NCBI GenBank assembly: GCA_963754945.1
Contig: CAVWIG010000050.1
Coordinates: 1-27,963 of the forward strand
Length of the DNA stretch: 27,963 bases
From: Methanotrichaceae archaeon
GTDB taxonomy: Archaea; Halobacteriota; Methanosarcinia; Methanotrichales; Methanotrichaceae
Direction of reading: 5' to 3'
In this document: one piece after another, positions 8,753-16,721 of the stretch
How positions within the stretch are numbered: the stretch's first letter is position 1
Layout: each line of letters opens with the position of its first letter
Notes under the pieces: generated by a model
The model's input: only the letters and a program-made list of their open reading frames with translations
Database searches by the model: none
Told to the model about the DNA's origin: nothing
Position numbers and translations under genes: made by a program

Positions 8753-10450
8753 TCACCTGTGAGCATAATAAGCTACTATCGGCTCTCCCAGGCGGTTTAT
8801 GCGCACGAATCCATAACGCTCGAATTGCACAACCTTGCCCAGCTCCGTCGCTATCCCGGCCTCGCCGAATCCCTCATCCACACCGTCGGGCTTCATGACC
8901 TTGACCGGCAATGCGTCGCGTGGAGCCCAGTGGATGATTCTAAACCTGTCTTTCTTCGCCTGATCAGGGTCTACGTAGGCCAATTTCGCCATAGCAGGCT
9001 CTTTGCTTGTAAGCATGACTGTGCAGAAGTCCTTCAGTCTGAATAGACCTCCAGGCGTGAGAGAAAGTAACTCTAGGTCACTCCTACAGATGTAGACTTT
9101 GTTGCCCGCCGGTATCTCCCGAAAGCCACGGTCTATGGTGGGATGGAGCGGCGCGCGCGCGAGCGCGGGCACGTCCCCCTCGATCTCGAGTTCGACAGGG
9201 TCCCAGACGAAAAAGTACCTGTTGGCCTCAGGGTCGATTAGCTTGCGGTTCTCGGCGTAGATGGTGTCCATGCTTATGCTGATGTCAGTCTCGCCGACTC
9301 CAAGCTCCACCATGAACTTGCGAAGGGCTTCTGGCCTGATTCCGCGGCAGCGCATAGCTCTGACAGTGGGCACCCTCGGATCGTCCCAGCCTGTGTACTC
9401 GCCAGCCTCGATGGCCTTCTTGAGCTTGCTGGTGCTGAAAGATCCAAACTGGTGGATCTTGATCTTCCCCCAGTGAATCACCCTCGGATACTCCCAGCCC
9501 ATGTGATTGTAAAGGTACTTCTGCCTGCTTTCGCTGTCCGCCAGGTCCTTGCCCCGGAGGATATGAGTCATTCCGAGCAGGTGGTCCTCCACGCCGGACT
9601 CGAAGTCGAGTAGGGGCCAGACTCTGTACTTCGATCCGACATGAGGATGGATGGCGGTTACTATCCTGAAGGCAGGCCAGTCTCGCATGGCCGGGTCCTT
9701 GTGAGTCATGTCGGTCTTGACCCTCAGAACCGCTTGCCCTTCCGCCAGTGTGCCATCGAGCATCTTCTTCCACAGGTCCAGGTTCTCCTCCGGCAACCTG
9801 TCGCGGTGGGCGCACGCAATCCCTGCATCCTTGTGCTCCTTGAACACGAGCTGCTCGCAATGACAGACGTATGCCCCGCCTCTTCGAATCAGCTCCTCCG
9901 CAATCTCATAGTAGAGCGGCAGCCTCTCGCTGGCTATTATCACCTGGTCAGGCGTCGCACCCAACCAGGCGCAGTCCTCCAGATACCAGCCATACGCCTC
10001 AGGCATCGGCCTTTTCTTTACAGGGTCGGTGTCGTCGAAGCGGATCAGGAACTTGCCGCCGTACTTCTTTACATACTCGGAGTTGATGATGATCCCCCGA
10101 GCACTTCCTAATGTCGGCGGGCCGTTGGGGTTTGGGGCAAAGCGCATTACTACGCCCTCGTCCGCTCCAACGAGATCAGGAAGGCCTTTGTCCGGCTCTT
10201 TGTGTTCGGAGAGTTCTGCGATCAGCTCCGGTGCGATGGCTTCCAGGCGCTCCTGCCACTCTTCAGGACTCATCCTGGCCACTTGGGCCAAGACGGATTT
10301 AATCTCCGGCCCGACCTCTTTTGCCCTGGGACGAAGCTCGGGATGCTCGCCCATTAGTTTTCCCATTACAGCCCCGGAATTTGGAGCAGCCCTGTACTTC
10401 ACAGCGTTCTGAAGCGCGTACTTCTCAATGAGCTCCCTGATCTCTGCCAT
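8753..10450 (-). CDS. gltX: Glutamate--tRNA ligase (archaeal)
   Basis: RFAPNPNGP, RFDDTDP, THILRGKD, GWDDPR, QFERYGFVR. Confidence 0.97.
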   Translation of the reverse strand: MAEIRELIEKYALQNAVKYRAAPNSGAVMGKLMGEHPELRPRAKEVGPEIKSVLAQVARMSPEEWQERLEAIAPELIAELSEHKEPDKGLPDLVGADEGVVMRFAPNPNGPPTLGSARGIIINSEYVKKYGGKFLIRFDDTDPVKKRPMPEAYGWYLEDCAWLGATPDQVIIASERLPLYYEIAEELIRRGGAYVCHCEQLVFKEHKDAGIACAHRDRLPEENLDLWKKMLDGTLAEGQAVLRVKTDMTHKDPAMRDWPAFRIVTAIHPHVGSKYRVWPLLDFESGVEDHLLGMTHILRGKDLADSESRQKYLYNHMGWEYPRVIHWGKIKIHQFGSFSTSKLKKAIEAGEYTGWDDPRVPTVRAMRCRGIRPEALRKFMVELGVGETDISISMDTIYAENRKLIDPEANRYFFVWDPVELEIEGDVPALARAPLHPTIDRGFREIPAGNKVYICRSDLELLSLTPGGLFRLKDFCTVMLTSKEPAMAKLAYVDPDQAKKDRFRIIHWAPRDALPVKVMKPDGVDEGFGEAGIATELGKVVQFERYGFVRINRLGEPIVAYYAHR

Positions 10451-10558
10451 TTGACTTCTCCTGAAAAACTGCCTCTATTGGTATCAGTCTTTCTACAAAG
10501 GGATATCTCTTTGTTGTTGCGGTCGGTGATTTCTGGCCTTGGGATTCAATCTTGGGAT

Positions 10559-10987
10559 TCAATGTTCTTTGCTTGGCAATTGTTGCTCGAGGTCGGAACA
10601 ATACAGCCTTAATGCATCTCCTATCATTTTGTCGTGATCGAAAGCAAGAATGGGCAGGTCGTCAAGCGGAAAGACTCCGGCCGATTTGGCATCGGATCCT
10701 GAGACCAGATTACCTGACCCTTTGGAAAAGTAGCAGACAGAGACTACATGCCCCCGCGGATCGCGATGGGGATCTGAGTAGACTCCAACCAGGCCAACAA
10801 GATCGATCAATAGGCCGGTCTCCTCCCGGACCTCTCTGACAACAGCCTCTTCTGTGCTCTCGCCAATCTCCACAAAACCGCCGGGAAGAGCATAACAGCC
10901 CTGAAACGGTGGATTCTTCCTCTTGATAAGCACTACTCCGCCTTCGAAGAAGATGACCGAATCCACCGCCAGGAGAGGAGTTCTCAT
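10559..10987 (-). CDS. Nudix hydrolase (ADP-ribose pyrophosphatase-like)
   Basis: Nudix box GFVEIGESTEEAVVREVREETGL; RDPRGH; LAFDH. Confidence 0.93.
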   Translation of the reverse strand: MRTPLLAVDSVIFFEGGVVLIKRKNPPFQGCYALPGGFVEIGESTEEAVVREVREETGLLIDLVGLVGVYSDPHRDPRGHVVSVCYFSKGSGNLVSGSDAKSAGVFPLDDLPILAFDHDKMIGDALRLYCSDLEQQLPSKEH

Positions 10988-11004
10988 ACACGACCTTCTG
11001 AAGG

Positions 11005-11035
11005 AATAACTTTTGCCGGACCGAAAAGCTTATTT
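11005..11035. promoter_or_regulatory. Back-to-back BRE/TATA-like promoters (Nudix leftwards, putative sRNA rightwards)
   Basis: Minus strand GCAAAAGTTATT about 20 nt before the Nudix ATG; plus strand CCGAAAAGCTTATTT at 11021-11035. Confidence 0.55.
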
Positions 11036-11059
11036 GCGGCATGCGTCGTTACCACACAC

Positions 11060-11116
11060 GGCAAAGGTCGATTAGTGATCTCCCTCCTTAACCCTAACAT
11101 CCAATCGACTTTTGCC
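11060..11116 (+). ncRNA. Putative small hairpin RNA with anti-SD loop
   Basis: Stem GGCAAAGGTCGATTAG / CCAATCGACTTTTGCC, loop TGATCTCCCTCCTTAACCCTAACAT; begins about 25 nt after the TATA-like box. Confidence 0.55.
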
Positions 11117-11146
11117 TCTTATTCGCCATGATTGAGTTCAAGAGAT

Positions 11147-11230
11147 AACCTTTTCGGTGCAGACTCTACAGTGCGCACTCTACAGTAAATGACTACAGTG
11201 AAGACGCTGTGGTGAGGACCTCACGGTGCG
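11147..11230 (+). repeat. Degenerate ~14-bp tandem repeat, 5-6 units
   Basis: GACTCTACAGTGCG / CACTCTACAGTAAA / TGACTACAGTGAA / GACGCTGTGGTGAG / GACCTCACGGTGCG. Confidence 0.6.
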
Positions 11231-11310
11231 GCCGTGCAAACGATGCCACAAAGTGCCCATCGATCCTTCGCGGCGATGAAGCTAAATTGTATCCTTCCTT
11301 TCTTTAACTC

Positions 11311-11919
11311 ATGCCCTTTTATGTTCTCAAGCTGGGGGGCAGCCTGATCGGTTCAGCCAAGGCGATTGTGTCCAGATTATCTGACCTTGAATCCAAAGGC
11401 TATAGCTTCCTGGTGATTCCGGGGGGAGGCCCCATGGCAGACCTGGTTCGTGGACTTTTCTCGGAGTACAATCTAACGGACGAGGCAGCCCACTGGATGG
11501 CAATCCTGGGCATGGAGCAGTACGCATACATCTTGGCAGACGGCACTGGAGCCGCCTTGACAACGGAAATCGCCAATTGTGTTGGAGTGAAGGTTCTACT
11601 GCCTTATCAAGCCCTGAAGGAGGACGATAGCGGTCTCGGGCACTGTTGGGATTACACCTCCGATGCCGTGGCCGCGCTGGTGGCCGCCAGGCTGAAAGCA
11701 GATCTAATCAAGGCAACGAACGTCGACGGTATCATAATGAACGGCAAGCCAGTAGAAGAGGTCACTGCTGCTATGTTGGTCCGAGTAGAGTCGTGCCTTG
11801 ATCATGGAAGCCTTGAGCTTCTCAAAGGCAGAAGCTGCTGGATTCTTAACGGGACAGATCCGAATAAGCTCATCGATTCAATACTTACAGGAAGAGGAGG
11901 GACGGTTGTAAATGGGTAG
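11311..11919 (+). CDS. mfnE: Amino-acid-kinase family protein, MfnE-like (methanofuran biosynthesis kinase)
   Basis: LKLGGSL, IPGGGPMADLVR, AHWMAILGMEQY, WDYTSD, ATNVDG. Family is clear; the specific function is inferred. Confidence 0.7.
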   Translation: MPFYVLKLGGSLIGSAKAIVSRLSDLESKGYSFLVIPGGGPMADLVRGLFSEYNLTDEAAHWMAILGMEQYAYILADGTGAALTTEIANCVGVKVLLPYQALKEDDSGLGHCWDYTSDAVAALVAARLKADLIKATNVDGIIMNGKPVEEVTAAMLVRVESCLDHGSLELLKGRSCWILNGTDPNKLIDSILTGRGGTVVNG

Positions 11920-11980
11920 TAAAACGACACTCGGAACTCAAACTTCCGACCTTTCCTTTCTGTCTCGTCTCTCTTCTATG

Positions 11981-11994
11981 GGAAGGTTTATACC
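11981..11994 (+). promoter_or_regulatory. BRE/TATA promoter of the Zn-ribbon/aEF-1beta/tRNA-Ala unit
   Basis: GGAAGGTTTATACC upstream of RBS AGGAGGGAGA (12011-12020). Confidence 0.6.
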
Positions 11995-12024
11995 ATGTGA
12001 TACAGCAACCAGGAGGGAGAAAAC

Positions 12025-12195
12025 ATGAAGGAAGAATTACCCGAGAAGTGCATATCATGTGGCGTGATGCTGACTGGTGTAGGCGGGGTTAAGTTTCCCT
12101 GTCCAAGCTGCGGCACCGTAATAGCCAGATGCAACAGATGTAAAAAACAGAGCAATGCCTACACCTGCAAGGTGTGCGGTTTTGCAGGTCCCTGA
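12025..12195 (+). CDS. Small double zinc-ribbon protein (DUF1610/COG2888-like), 56 aa; not in ORF track
   Basis: MKEELPEKCISCG...FPCPSCG...RCNRCKKQSNAYTCKVCGFAGP; four CxxC pairs; usual position before aEF-1beta. Confidence 0.92.
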   Translation: MKEELPEKCISCGVMLTGVGGVKFPCPSCGTVIARCNRCKKQSNAYTCKVCGFAGP

Positions 12196-12205
12196 GGTGA
12201 CTTGA

Positions 12206-12475
12206 ATGGGTGACGTAGCGATAAGGATGAAGGTCATGCCTGAGAGCACTGATGTGGATCTGGTCAAGCTAGGGGAGGCCATCAAGGCAGTCGTTCCCAG
12301 CTATGCAAGGCTGCATGCTATTGAGCAGAAGCCGATTGCCTTCGGACTGAAGGCTCTAATAGTGGTCACAATTATGGACGATAAGGGAGGCCACAACCCA
12401 GAGGAGACAGAGCTCCTCCTCGCCAAGATTCCGGGTGTGGAGTCGGTCGAGGTGGAAGAAGTAGGCCTTCTCTAA
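12206..12475 (+). CDS. ef1b: Translation elongation factor aEF-1beta
   Basis: MGDVAIRMKVMPES, PIAFGLKAL, IPGVESVEV; RBS GAGGTGA. Confidence 0.96.
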   Translation: MGDVAIRMKVMPESTDVDLVKLGEAIKAVVPSYARLHAIEQKPIAFGLKALIVVTIMDDKGGHNPEETELLLAKIPGVESVEVEEVGLL

Positions 12476-12488
12476 ACTTTTCTTTTCC

Positions 12489-12560
12489 GGGCTTGTAGAT
12501 CAGCGGTAGATCGCCGCCTTCGCAAGGCGGAGGCCGCGGGTTCGAGTCCCGCCAAGTCCA
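12489..12560 (+). tRNA. tRNA-Ala(CGC)
   Basis: Acceptor GGGCTTG/CAAGTCC with G3:U70; anticodon arm CCGCC-TTCGCAA-GGCGG; T-loop TTCGAGT; T-run follows. Confidence 0.96.
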
Positions 12561-12824
12561 TTTTTCGATGTTTCTGTATCATTTTTGGAATAAGCTTATT
12601 CGATTAAAAATTTGAATCCTACATCCCAATGCAAAAATATGATCTCTGGCCCGGCCCAGCCTTCCTCGTCCGGAAACCCTCACCGAATCAGTCCTCACAA
12701 GATGATTTGCCTGGCCTAAACCACCTCGTAAAATCTCACCGCAAAGGTTTCTTCATGCCTTCTCTTTTCAACAGAATTTCTACTGACCGAAGAGGTTATG
12801 TGTGTCCATCGTCTCTATACTATT

Positions 12825-13301
12825 ATGGCTACAGAGGATCCAATCAAATTGAATTTTGGTGCGTATCTTCTCCAATTTGATCGAAGCGAGTACAACATCG
12901 AAATGAGAGACTGCATTGCCATAGCCACCACAAAGGACGATCCGAATAGTAAAGCCAGGATCTCGATCTTGCCGAGCGTTCCTTGGACAAATCTGTACAT
13001 AGACACCCAACAAAGAGTTCGGACAGCTTCGCGGGACTTCCCTTGGAAGATCGGGGACATCCCGGCCGACATTCAAACCCCTGGTCCTGAGCGCATTCAG
13101 GTGGATGGTCGCGATGGATTCCGTGTTCAAAACGACTATCTGAGCAAAGCTGGAACAGTTATTTTATCTGCTGAGCGAGTGGGCTGCTGGCTTGATGACT
13201 TCGTTATGTGCGAGATCCTTGCCATCTATTCTCCGAATGATAGGAATACAGTGCATTTGATGAGGTCGATAGTTAAAACGATACACTTTGAAAAATCCTA
13301 G
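12825..13301 (+). CDS. Hypothetical protein, possible PsbP-like fold
   Basis: ATG 12825 preferred over the upstream start at 12798; IQVDGRDG and terminal IVKTIHFEK pattern. Confidence 0.65.
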   Translation: MATEDPIKLNFGAYLLQFDRSEYNIEMRDCIAIATTKDDPNSKARISILPSVPWTNLYIDTQQRVRTASRDFPWKIGDIPADIQTPGPERIQVDGRDGFRVQNDYLSKAGTVILSAERVGCWLDDFVMCEILAIYSPNDRNTVHLMRSIVKTIHFEKS

Positions 13302-13367
13302 ATTCCTTTGGCCCTCATCTATAGCTCCCCATCTATGCAGTTATCCATTTCATAGGGCCCGAAAGAT

Positions 13368-14080
13368 GTGATTCTTCTGAGGGATTTAGCTGTTCTACAA
13401 GAAAATATGCGAGAGGGGATTCTGAAACGATAGCTCTAGATCCATGGTCGGTCGATTATTTTGAGGATAAGTTCGCGAAACCCGATCCCTGGAAATACTT
13501 TACTTCGGTCTATGAGAGGACGAAGTACCAGCGGCAACTCGATATTATAAAGGATCGCAATCCAAATCCTCAAAGGATTCTAGAGATCGGTTCAGCCGAA
13601 GGGGCCCAGACCCTTCTGTTGGCTGATCAATTCCCAGAAGCTAATATTACGGCGATAGAGATATCCTCGAATGCTCTAGGAAGGGCTAAGAATAACCTGT
13701 TGCAGTTCGCGGATAGAATTGAGCTTATAAATGCCGACATTGCAGAATACGAACCCAGCATCGAAGATAGCTGCTTTGACGTCTGCATATGGAGCGAATC
13801 GATCTACTACCTGGGTGCACGGCTTCCATTGACTACGACGTACGATCTTCTGGGCAGAGTCGTGAACAAGCTGAAGGACGGAGGTCTGCTGGTCATGGCC
13901 AATACAGTGAGTCTGCCCGAGGGTATACCGGAACATGTTATGACCAATCGGCCAATTATAGATTGCTATTATTCCCTCCTGTCCAGTCTGGCTTTGCCTT
14001 TATCGAAATCAAATTACTCAGAGGACAAGCTGGGACGGATGTACGAATACCAGGTCTGGGCATTCGAGCTCAAATTATAA
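13368..14080 (+). pseudogene. NodS-like class I SAM-dependent methyltransferase with apparent 5' frameshift
   Basis: Frame open from 13325 with DPWKYFTSVYERTKY and LEIGSAEG, but no start codon until 13619. GTG 13368/ATG 13407 join it by one added base in the GGGG run (13415-13418). Confidence 0.75.
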
Positions 14081-14151
14081 CTGTTTTTGAGAAAAATAAT
14101 AAGCTGCATTTTAGCAGCTAAGCCGTTTGATTAAAAGAAGCATCGCTTACT

Positions 14152-14850
14152 CTAAAGAGGAGCGTGCCTCGGCATTATGTTGGGATCTATTCCCTTTGCG
14201 AGCTGTGTTACATCAGTGACCTTGCTTTTGGGAGTCTGGTACGGTTGCCCAACGGTGGTTGGAGTCTGGGACTGCTGCCCGAGGGTCGTCGTGGTATCTT
14301 GAGCTGTTTGGGGCTGCCCTGCCGCTACCGTCGATGCCGCTGGCGACGGCGTGGCGATCTCCGCAGGCGTGTAACCTGAAATGTCCGGACTTATTTTCGT
14401 AGCCGTAAACATGTCTTGGGTTGCGCTGCCATTGCTGTCATAGCTGGTATAGCTCCCCCGAATAGTATCGCTTGAGATCAAACCGATCATCTCCGTGGAT
14501 ACCAGAGTCTTGGCCTGCATTGCAGCTACTGCGATGTTTGCCATCTTACCGGAGATCGATCCTGTCAAAACGCCATTCCATGGTTCGGCTCCTTCGAATT
14601 TGCACCTTCCCGAGAGAGTGTCGCCCGACTGGCTTAACGCCATGGTAATCTCGGTATCTGCAAAGGAGACTTTCCAGATTCCCTGAACACCGACGAACTC
14701 GACCGCTGGCGCGGGCGTTGAGGTGTCATTAACTGGAGTCGTTGTCACGTTCTCCGACGAGTTCTGTCCAGGAGCCGCAAGGACGCTCTGAGGCGCTGCG
14801 ACCAACATCAGTAAAAGTAATGCCGCTTGTCCAATCCATTTAACTCTCAA
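14152..14850 (-). CDS. Secreted protein with beta-rich domain and Thr/Pro/Gln-rich linker
   Basis: GGAGG RBS before TTG; signal peptide ending VLA; low-complexity linker. Confidence 0.85.
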   Translation of the reverse strand: MRVKWIGQAALLLLMLVAAPQSVLAAPGQNSSENVTTTPVNDTSTPAPAVEFVGVQGIWKVSFADTEITMALSQSGDTLSGRCKFEGAEPWNGVLTGSISGKMANIAVAAMQAKTLVSTEMIGLISSDTIRGSYTSYDSNGSATQDMFTATKISPDISGYTPAEIATPSPAASTVAAGQPQTAQDTTTTLGQQSQTPTTVGQPYQTPKSKVTDVTQLAKGIDPNIMPRHAPL

Positions 14851-15211
14851 ATCTGAACCTCCATACTAAGCGCACAAACTGTTTTTGGTACCGCTTTTGG
14901 TCCTCTGGCATTTTCGTCTTTCAGGTTAATAAGCCCTTCATCTGCTGTATGGTTTCCAAATATTCGTGCAGAACAGAATTAATCACGATCTTAATCGATA
15001 TTATCGGGGCAACTCCAGTATAATCTCCAGCTAATTAGCAATAATTCAACACATTACTCCCCCATTCAGAAAGACGACGAATGTCGATTCAAAGGTGAAT
15101 GGATCTCTGAGTTCATCAATTACTCTTTAACTTTAAGCAAAATCGCTTTGGCGATCAAAAGTTTCTTAAACCATTTTATTCTTACATCAATGATAGGTCA
15201 AGGAGATACAA

Positions 15212-15568
15212 ATGGCAGGTTGCACACACAGAAACTGCGGCGATAGCGAGAAAGTATGGCTTATGCATACTTACAAGGGCAAGGATTGCGGGCTGAAGCC
15301 GCATCCCTATTGCGTTGAATGCGGCCTGGTCAAGAACCTGTCCTCGGATAAGCCGCGAAAGATCGGCTTTTATATCAACATCCTGGCAGCTCTGGGAGAA
15401 CGATTGAAGGTAGGTCAGGCTCAGATGAGGCTGGTTTCAATGGAGCTGCAGGACTCCGGCCTGGAAGACTCCTACGGCATGGACCGATATCAACAGGAAG
15501 TGCTGTTTACACAGACCGTCAGAAAATACGTCAAGGTATCAGAACAGATTATCCGCGAGCTTTTTTGA
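15212..15568 (+). CDS. Hypothetical protein with predicted Zn-binding N-terminus
   Basis: AAGGAG RBS; CTH...PHPYCVECG. Confidence 0.82.
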   Translation: MAGCTHRNCGDSEKVWLMHTYKGKDCGLKPHPYCVECGLVKNLSSDKPRKIGFYINILAALGERLKVGQAQMRLVSMELQDSGLEDSYGMDRYQQEVLFTQTVRKYVKVSEQIIRELF

Positions 15569-15590
15569 CTCTAATATTTTCTAGTATTTT

Positions 15591-16706
15591 CTAGTTCGAC
15601 CCTTCATAAACATTCTCAATAACGCCGCTTATCCGGTCCCAGTCGTAGCCTCTTGCAAGTTCGATGCAGTTTGTCCTCATTGATGCGCTTCTATCTAGGA
15701 CGCGGATGATTGCTTTCGATAGCTCGTCGGCTGTCGGCTCACACACGATGCCGGTCCCTTCCGTTACCAGATCGCTTACTGCATTCATTCTATGGTTCAC
15801 TGTAACCAGAGGCAGCCCGCATGCATTCGCATCTAATGCCGCCATTCCAAAGCCCTCTCTTGTTGAAGGCATCACAAATACCTTCGAGGACTTCATCCTG
15901 GCGATGGTCTCGTCGTAGTTTTCTAGAAACCCGGTGAATTTTATGTTATTCTCCAGACTAAGTTCTTTGGCTAGACGTTTCAACCTAGTGGCATCCGGTC
16001 CGTCTCCAATTATGACCGTACTGATGTCTGGAACTTCCCGTTTAACAAATTGTAGCGCTCTTATGAGAAGGTCTAAATTCTTGTGCCTGATCAGCCTTCC
16101 GGCATAGACAATATCAGAAGCCGTATCCCAAGCATTGATTCGTTCAATTCTCTTAAAGTCCAATCCGTTGGGAATAACCTTGACGCCCTCGACTCCCAGA
16201 TGCTCAAGCTCTCTTTTCGTCATCTCTGAAACTGCGAGGTTCTTATCTGTGAGCTTTGAGGCTGCGGATTCAATATACCTGCCGACACCGCCTTTTTTCC
16301 CAAGATATTCGTACCAGTAGTCTCCCCAGACTTCGTGCCATGTTATGAAAAGGTCGGACTTACAAGAAATCGAGACCAGCCTCGCCGAAAAGCATGGTAG
16401 ATATGGAAACTCTTGGCAGTCTATCAGGTCGTAATCCCCTTTTAAGGATACAAGAACCTTCCAAGCAAAAACCAACGCCTCTTGTATCGATCTTCGATCC
16501 CCGGAGTAAAGACTTCTGGGACTGCAGATGCCGTGAAGGAAGACGCCATCCCTTTGGATGACGCTATCGCCCTTCCACCATTTGATCCCAAAGCAGTGAA
16601 CCTCATGCCCCCTGTCGGCAAGTCCCCTGGAGAGTTCATACACCCTCTTCTCTGCGCCTCCTTTAACCCAAGGGTAAACGGCATCGTAGACGTAGGCAAT
16701 CTTCAT
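15591..16706 (-). CDS. GT4 family glycosyltransferase
   Basis: YPWVKGGAE, YAGRLIRHKN, PSTREGFG. Confidence 0.93.
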   Translation of the reverse strand: MKIAYVYDAVYPWVKGGAEKRVYELSRGLADRGHEVHCFGIKWWKGDSVIQRDGVFLHGICSPRSLYSGDRRSIQEALVFAWKVLVSLKGDYDLIDCQEFPYLPCFSARLVSISCKSDLFITWHEVWGDYWYEYLGKKGGVGRYIESAASKLTDKNLAVSEMTKRELEHLGVEGVKVIPNGLDFKRIERINAWDTASDIVYAGRLIRHKNLDLLIRALQFVKREVPDISTVIIGDGPDATRLKRLAKELSLENNIKFTGFLENYDETIARMKSSKVFVMPSTREGFGMAALDANACGLPLVTVNHRMNAVSDLVTEGTGIVCEPTADELSKAIIRVLDRSASMRTNCIELARGYDWDRISGVIENVYEGSN

Positions 16707-16721
16707 CCAGAAGCCTCAGAA

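Noticed and set aside
10984-11100. 38-codon minus-strand uORF overlapping the Nudix ATG (ATGA)
   Set aside because: No RBS or protein-like character; it crosses the promoters, and Nudix has its own TATA-like element inside it.
11147-11230. CRISPR mini-array
   Set aside because: Units are ~14 bp, abutting, without spacers; no cas genes.
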